Assembly (NCBI GenBank): GCA_965223005.1
Contig: CBDCVK010000005.1
Coordinates: forward strand, 32,001-96,000
Direction: 5' to 3'
Source: Terriglobia bacterium
GTDB taxonomy: Bacteria; Acidobacteriota; Terriglobia; JAJPHL01; JAPKYU01
DNA length: 64,000 nucleotides
In this document: positions 58,427 through 64,000 of the stretch, in pieces
Numbering within the stretch: the stretch's first letter is position 1
How the letters are laid out: each line of letters begins with the position of its first letter
Made by a program: the position numbers and the translations under genes
The notes under the pieces: generated by a model
What the model was told of the DNA's origin: nothing
Databases searched by the model: none
What the model saw: only the letters and a program-made list of their open reading frames with translations

Positions 58427-59992
58427 ATGAATTCCAGGTTGGACGAACTGGTAGCCGGACTGCGCCGGCAAAAGTGGGTCTCACTGGCCCTGGTTTCGTT
58501 GACGCTGGTCGTGGGCATCGCAATTGGGACCGTCGTAACCCGAACGGTGGGCGCCCTGGACCGCTCGGTGGCCCCAGGGGCCAGTCCCCTGTCCATCCAG
58601 TCCCCGGCTCAGCTCTCTTCGGCCTTTGTGCAGATCTCCAAGGCAGTCCGGCCCACGGTGGTCAACATCAACACATCGGCCACCGTGAAACAGCCGACGC
58701 CCCGCCGCCGGCGGAGCCCTCGGGAACGCGAGCGTCAGGACCCGTTCGAAGAGTTCTTCGAGCGATTCTTTGAAGGGCCGTCTGCACCCGAAAGTGGCGT
58801 CCAGCAGCGCAGCCTGGGCTCCGGAATCTTGGTGGATGGAAATGGCTATATCCTGACCAATCGGCACGTCGTCGAGAGAGCGGATCGCATCCAGGTGAAA
58901 TTGTTCAACGATCCTAAGCAGTACAAAGCCAAGGTGATTGGTTCGGACAAGGAAACCGATCTGGCCGTCATCAAGATCGACGCCAAGACGTCCCTGACGC
59001 CAGCCAAGATGGGCAACTCCGACGGCATCCAGGTCGGCGACTGGGTGCTGGCAATTGGTAGCCCATTCGGCCTGGAGGAGACCGTAACGGCAGGTATCAT
59101 CAGCGCCAAAAATCGCGACCTGGTTGGTGCCCAACAGTTTCAGCACTTCTTGCAGACCGACGCGGCCATCAACCCCGGCAACAGCGGAGGCCCGCTGGTG
59201 AACATGGTCGGTGAGGTCGTGGGAGTGAACACGGCCATCGCCACCAACCGCGGCAGCTACCAAGGCGTGGGCTTCGCCTTGCCTTCCAACACGGCTGTCT
59301 ACGTCTACAACCAGATCATCGAACACGGCCGCGTGCCGCGCGGTTCCATCGGCGTGGAGTTCCAGGGCCAAAGCTCGGAAAACGAAGCTTTGCTGCGCAG
59401 TTTCGGCGTCAAGGGCGGCGTGATCATTAATCAAGTGATGCCTGGCTCCCCGGCCGACCAGGGTGGGCTGAAGTCCGGCGACGTGATCGTCGCCGTGGAC
59501 GATACCCCCATCCTCTCCGGCGACGAACTGGTCTCCAAGATCTCCGAAACTCCGGTCGGCGAGAAAGTTCGCATCAAGTACGTCCGCGATGGCAAGAAAG
59601 CGAAGACCAGTATCACCGTCGCCGAGCGTACTGAAGTCTTCAAGGAATTATTGGGCGGGCAAGAGGAGGAGCTGCAGCCCGAAGAGCCTACTGAGGCCAA
59701 GTTCGGCCTGACCCTGCAGAATCTCACCCCGCGGCTGGCCAGCCGTCTGGGACTCGGCGACGAGGAAGGCGTGCTGGTGACGAAGCTGGATCCAGGCAGC
59801 TTCGCCGGAGACGTGGGCTTGCTTCGCGGTGACCTGATCGTCGAACTGCAGCGGGAGCCCGTCCGCTCGGTGGAGGATTTGCGCCGAATTCAGCGTGGTT
59901 TGAGCTCTGGAGACGATGTCGTCTTCAAGATACTGCGCCGCGGACTCCGCCGACGAATGCAGACCCTCTTCCTGGCAGGCACACTGCCCTAG
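58427..59992 (+). CDS. degP: Do/HtrA family serine protease with two PDZ domains
   Basis: LGSG, TNRHV, DLAVIK, QTDAAINPGNSGGPL, two PDZ domains. Confidence 0.93.
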   Translation: MNSRLDELVAGLRRQKWVSLALVSLTLVVGIAIGTVVTRTVGALDRSVAPGASPLSIQSPAQLSSAFVQISKAVRPTVVNINTSATVKQPTPRRRRSPRERERQDPFEEFFERFFEGPSAPESGVQQRSLGSGILVDGNGYILTNRHVVERADRIQVKLFNDPKQYKAKVIGSDKETDLAVIKIDAKTSLTPAKMGNSDGIQVGDWVLAIGSPFGLEETVTAGIISAKNRDLVGAQQFQHFLQTDAAINPGNSGGPLVNMVGEVVGVNTAIATNRGSYQGVGFALPSNTAVYVYNQIIEHGRVPRGSIGVEFQGQSSENEALLRSFGVKGGVIINQVMPGSPADQGGLKSGDVIVAVDDTPILSGDELVSKISETPVGEKVRIKYVRDGKKAKTSITVAERTEVFKELLGGQEEELQPEEPTEAKFGLTLQNLTPRLASRLGLGDEEGVLVTKLDPGSFAGDVGLLRGDLIVELQREPVRSVEDLRRIQRGLSSGDDVVFKILRRGLRRRMQTLFLAGTLP

Positions 59993-60086
59993 GAGGTTTT
60001 CGAACCCTCCCGCTTGGGCAGGAGAATAGCCAGCCGTCGTGGCGGATCAGGACAAGGGAGCCGTCGCAAGGTTGCGGTTGGCCGCT

Positions 60087-60551
60087 ATGTCCGGTAAAGC
60101 TTCCCGGTACTTCGCGTCAATTCTAGCCGGTTTGGTGCTGGCCGCCGGTGCCTCAGCCTCGCTGGCCCCACCGGCCAAGGCCTCCCCAGCAAAGAAGGTT
60201 TCCAGCAGCAGCAAGAAAACCTCAGTTGCCCAGAACAAGCGTTCCCGGCGAAAAACCCGGCGACGCGCTGTCCGCCGGCGGCGCCGGCGGGTGGTGCGTG
60301 GCCAGAGAGTGCCCACAGCTCAGCGTATCCGCGAAATCCAGCAGTCGCTGAGCCGAAGCGGTCATTACGACGGAAAGCCGACCGGCAAGCTCGACTCTCA
60401 CACGGTGGCCGCCCTGTCAGACTTTCAACAGGCCCAGGATCTGAAGCGGACCGGAAAGCTGAATGCCCTGACGTTGAAGAAACTGGAGCAGTATGGATTG
60501 CCGCCGCACTCCCGCGCCTCCGTGGCGCCACCCCCGCGAGCGGACCCTTAG
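60087..60551 (+). CDS. Secreted basic protein with PG_binding_1 domain
   Basis: Signal peptide, Lys/Arg-rich linker, IQ.SL...G.Y.G..TG..D..T..AL..FQ....L..TG. Confidence 0.85.
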   Translation: MSGKASRYFASILAGLVLAAGASASLAPPAKASPAKKVSSSSKKTSVAQNKRSRRKTRRRAVRRRRRRVVRGQRVPTAQRIREIQQSLSRSGHYDGKPTGKLDSHTVAALSDFQQAQDLKRTGKLNALTLKKLEQYGLPPHSRASVAPPPRADP

Positions 60552-60666
60552 CCCCGGCTTGCCCCCGCCCCCGCGCTGCATTTGATGGGGTGGCCCGGCG
60601 CGCCCTCTCCGGATCCTTTGCTCTAGCCCACTTTCCCGGGTATGCTATCGCCAAAGCAGCGTGCCC

Positions 60667-61461
60667 ATGAATTATCTGATCTTCGACATTGAGACGTATC
60701 CGGACAAACCCCTGGTAGAGGCCGTGTACGGCCACAGCTACGCCAGCGTGAAGGAGCAATCGAACCGGCTGCTGCACCCATTGTTCCACATCCCCATCGT
60801 GATCGGCGGGCTAGTTTGTGACGAGAACCTGCGCATCCGCAGTTTCGGGGCCATGTCCGGCGATCCGGACAAGGAGCGCGAAACCCTGCAATTCTTCTGG
60901 GAAACGTTCGAGCGTTACGGTGGCGGCCGGCGCAACCCGCCGCCGGTGCCGGGCCCCGAATGCGCGTTGGTCACTTTTAACGGGCGCAGCTTCGACCTGC
61001 CGGTGATCGAGCACCGCTCGCTGCGGTACGGGATGGGCTCAGTTGATTACTTCACCGCGCGGGACAAATTCAACAATTACCGCTACCGCTACGCGCCGGA
61101 GTTCCACTTCGACATTGTCGAGTTCCTCACCAACTTCGGAGCCGCGCCCAAAGCCTCCCTGGACGCGGTAGCCAAGCTGGTCGGGCTACCCGGCAAGACC
61201 GAGATGGACGGCGCCGAAGTGGAAGGGGAATACGAACAGGGGAACCTGGCCGGCATTGCCGAGTACTGCATGGCCGACGTGGCCCTGACCTATCTCGTTT
61301 TCCTGCAATGCCAGCGCATGCGCGGCTTGCTGCGTCCGAGTGCGGATGCCGCGTGTGCCGAGGCGCTGGAATATTTCCGCGCTCAACTGGATGCGCGGCC
61401 TTTCCTGATCGACCTGGTGCGGGCTCTGGAAGGGCGCCTGGCGCCCTCAGCGCAAACGTAG
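60667..61461 (+). CDS. DEDD 3'-5' exonuclease (PolB-exo-like, WlaX type)
   Basis: FDIET, FNGRSFDLP, GLPGK, YCMAD. Confidence 0.88.
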   Translation: MNYLIFDIETYPDKPLVEAVYGHSYASVKEQSNRLLHPLFHIPIVIGGLVCDENLRIRSFGAMSGDPDKERETLQFFWETFERYGGGRRNPPPVPGPECALVTFNGRSFDLPVIEHRSLRYGMGSVDYFTARDKFNNYRYRYAPEFHFDIVEFLTNFGAAPKASLDAVAKLVGLPGKTEMDGAEVEGEYEQGNLAGIAEYCMADVALTYLVFLQCQRMRGLLRPSADAACAEALEYFRAQLDARPFLIDLVRALEGRLAPSAQT

Positions 61462-61594
61462 ACAGGCCTAGAACAGGCTGGACTTCCATCTGGCGCGTAT
61501 ACCTTAGGGACCCCTTGATTCCAGCTTTATTGCGCGCTGCGAGAAGGCCCGGCCCTGTAGCAGGGCGAGCCGGCGCGGCACGCTGAGTTCGCTT

Positions 61595-64000
61595 ATGGGA
61601 GCTACTGACATCCGCAAGCCCAATGGCAACCGTCGGCGCAGTCCGCGCCTGGCTCGCGTAGTGGAGGTGGAAATCGCGGGCCGGGGAGCCGACGGTAAAG
61701 TTCTGGTGGAATCCACCTCTACGTGCGACATCAGCCGGCATGGCGCCAGCCTTACCGCTCGGACTGCGTTTCCTCGCAGTGCGCCGCTGGCCATTCGCCG
61801 CTCCGGAGGCAAGCCTGCTCTGGCCCGGGTGGTTTCGGTGAAGTCGTGCTCCCAACCTGGCCTACAGCAGCTCGGAGTGAGATTCCTGGAGGATGAAAGT
61901 TACTGGGAGCACGGATTCCCTCCCGACTGGCAAGACAAGGATGCTGCAGCGGTGGAAGATGAAAAACCAGCCGAGGAACCTGCCGCGGCGCACCAGCGCG
62001 TTCATGCGCTGGACGAATCGCTGGAGAGAGTCCTGCGCAAAGGCGAAACGCTTCGCGCACAGGCCGAGACGATGCTCCGGGAGTTTGCCGAACAGATGGA
62101 AGCCGCACGGCGGCAAGGGGTTAGCGCGCTGGCGCCCCAGCTGGACTTGCTGGCTGCCCGGAAGAACATCGCCAGAGAGGAGCTTACTGACCAGGGGCGG
62201 TGCGCAGCGGAAGCCATCCGCGCCCAGGAGGAACGCGCCGGCGCCTCCTTGGTCCGGCAGGCGGCCGGGACGGAGGAAAAGATTGGGAAACTGGCCCAGC
62301 AATTCGAGGCCGCAATGCAGGCGGCCCTGGAGAAATATCAACAGACGCTAGCACAGGAAGGCAGCAAGGCCCAGGAAATCGTGGTGAGCTCGGCCGCCAG
62401 CTTGGAAGCGCACCAGCAGGGGGTGGCCGAACTGGAAGCGCAGTCCGCCAGCTGGCGCGAGCAGATGGCAGCCAGTCTGAACAGCCTGCGGCAGGACGCA
62501 GAGCGGATCACCCACAGAAGCCGCGGCGAAATGCATGGGGCGTCCCTGGCCAGCATCCAGGAATTCCGAAAACTGACACCACAACTCGTCGACGAGGCGT
62601 CCCGCTCGTTCGCCGCGGTGCTGGGCGAACAGAAAAGCGCTGCCACTCGCTGGATTGCCCAGTCGCTGGAGACTGCCCGGGCTAATTTCACCGAGCTGCA
62701 AAACGCCTCGCGGGCAACACTGGCCGAGCACGCGGGGCAGGGGTTGGAGCAGTTCAAGACGTCGCTCCAGAAGCGCTTGCGGGAGGCCAAGGAGGCCGGC
62801 TCCGCCGAGGCCGCGGCGGTCGAAGCACGCCTGCAGCGGGTACGTACCTCCCTGCAAGAATTGGCGAAGTGGTCAGAACGGGCAATTTCCAGCACCCAGG
62901 AAAAGCTGTCGGCGACGACAGGCCAAGCCGAAACCCACTTGCGGGAGACCGCCACGCGCCACCTCCGCGAACTGGGAGAGGCTGCGGCAAAGGCGTTCGA
63001 ACGTCTCGAGCAGCAGGCCGAATCGCTCAAGACCGGTGCCGCTGAAGCCACCCGCCAGCTCGGTGAGCAGGCGCGCGACGTGCAGCAGATGCGTCTCACG
63101 CTGGATCAGAGCGCCGAGCAAAAGCGGGAAGCACTCGACGCCCTGTTCAGTTCGCTGACGAATCGATATGACCAGCGGAAGGAGGCCTTGGACCGACTCC
63201 TGGAAACCTTGGAAAATGGCCGCGCCGACCTGCGCGCCAACCTGGATTCGCTGCGGACCTGCACGGAGGAGAACCAAGCACAGATCGAGCGCTTCGCCGC
63301 CGGGCAAGAAGCGTCACTGAAATCCAGGACGCTGGAGCTGGAGCAGAAACTGCGGGCCGGCGCCCTGGCGCTGGAAAAAGAGCTGCAGGAGCGCGCCGCG
63401 AGGCCGCTCGAATCCCTCCGCAACGCCTTTTCAGCCGGGCTGGGACAGGCCGCCGCCCATGCGCAGCAGAGATTCAGCCAGACGCTGGCCGCAGAAATGG
63501 GAAAAGCCGTCCCGCGTGTCGCCGAACTGGCCTCGACCCTGGATCGCCACACCGAAGAGCGTTGCAAGGAGCTGGGGGCGGTGTCGGCCGCTCTTGCGCA
63601 GCGGCTGCATCAGGTGCGTCAGGAAGTGGAAGCCAGCGCGCAGGCAGGCGTGGAGCACCTGGCCCAACATGCTGCGGACACCGAGCACTCGGTCAAGCAA
63701 GCAGCCCAGGACGCTGTGGGCGCGGTCGCCGACAGTAACGCGAAAGCTGCGACTGCCGGAGGAGAAATTCTGGACGCTATCCGGCAGACACGCGCTTCCA
63801 TGACGCGGGAGGGAGCCGAGATGGAAAACCAGGCCCGGCAGAGGCACCAGCGGCTGGAGGCGCAATTTGCCGGATTTTCCTCGGCTCTGGAGGATAAACG
63901 CACCAGCCTGATTTCCTTCTATTCCAGTGTGGACCAGACCAAAGCAGAACTGGCGCTGTCGGTGGCCGCCGCGGAGCGGCGGGTGGAAGACGCGCGCACG
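61595..64000 (+). CDS. PilZ domain + very long coiled-coil protein (partial, at least 802 aa)
   Basis: My translation: MGATDIRKPNGNRRRSPRLAR...TCDISRHGA...YWEHGFPPDW then amphipathic helices; in frame to the window end. Confidence 0.8.
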   Translation, partial: MGATDIRKPNGNRRRSPRLARVVEVEIAGRGADGKVLVESTSTCDISRHGASLTARTAFPRSAPLAIRRSGGKPALARVVSVKSCSQPGLQQLGVRFLEDESYWEHGFPPDWQDKDAAAVEDEKPAEEPAAAHQRVHALDESLERVLRKGETLRAQAETMLREFAEQMEAARRQGVSALAPQLDLLAARKNIAREELTDQGRCAAEAIRAQEERAGASLVRQAAGTEEKIGKLAQQFEAAMQAALEKYQQTLAQEGSKAQEIVVSSAASLEAHQQGVAELEAQSASWREQMAASLNSLRQDAERITHRSRGEMHGASLASIQEFRKLTPQLVDEASRSFAAVLGEQKSAATRWIAQSLETARANFTELQNASRATLAEHAGQGLEQFKTSLQKRLREAKEAGSAEAAAVEARLQRVRTSLQELAKWSERAISSTQEKLSATTGQAETHLRETATRHLRELGEAAAKAFERLEQQAESLKTGAAEATRQLGEQARDVQQMRLTLDQSAEQKREALDALFSSLTNRYDQRKEALDRLLETLENGRADLRANLDSLRTCTEENQAQIERFAAGQEASLKSRTLELEQKLRAGALALEKELQERAARPLESLRNAFSAGLGQAAAHAQQRFSQTLAAEMGKAVPRVAELASTLDRHTEERCKELGAVSAALAQRLHQVRQEVEASAQAGVEHLAQHAADTEHSVKQAAQDAVGAVADSNAKAATAGGEILDAIRQTRASMTREGAEMENQARQRHQRLEAQFAGFSSALEDKRTSLISFYSSVDQTKAELALSVAAAERRVEDART

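Noticed and set aside
59992-60010. Hairpin after degP as an intrinsic terminator
   Set aside because: Bulged stem and no U tract

Overview
GC-rich bacterial chromosomal window that looks like Acidobacteriota (PilZ-like/coiled-coil proteins, VirB10-like, CRTAC1, TIGR03437 fragment; taxonomy is inference). It carries housekeeping genes (murB, dapF-like, mazG, ribF, tpiA, secG, pyrE, truA, degP, ino1, tRNA-Leu-GAG), a Qrc/alternative-complex-III-like respiratory operon (23-30 kb), and a lower-GC accessory block (about 29.9-42.7 kb; PPC + DUF1549/1553 + DUF1501 module, TPR proteins, Nramp, methyltransferase) ending at the tRNA 3' end. Best leads: (1) a PCYCGC-family gene with an in-frame UGA at a conserved Cys position, followed by a SECIS-like hairpin and an intact C-terminus, i.e. 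a probable selenoprotein; (2) DapF with both catalytic Cys replaced by Ser; (3) a heme-c domain fused to a DUF5777 beta-barrel; (4) an 1100-aa GH63-like enzyme with a three-repeat insert that splits a GNAT-NSAR pair; (5) a parvulin-CRTAC1 fusion gene flanked by ~125-bp direct repeats that duplicate the degP upstream region. All family calls come from motif recognition by eye; no searches were run.
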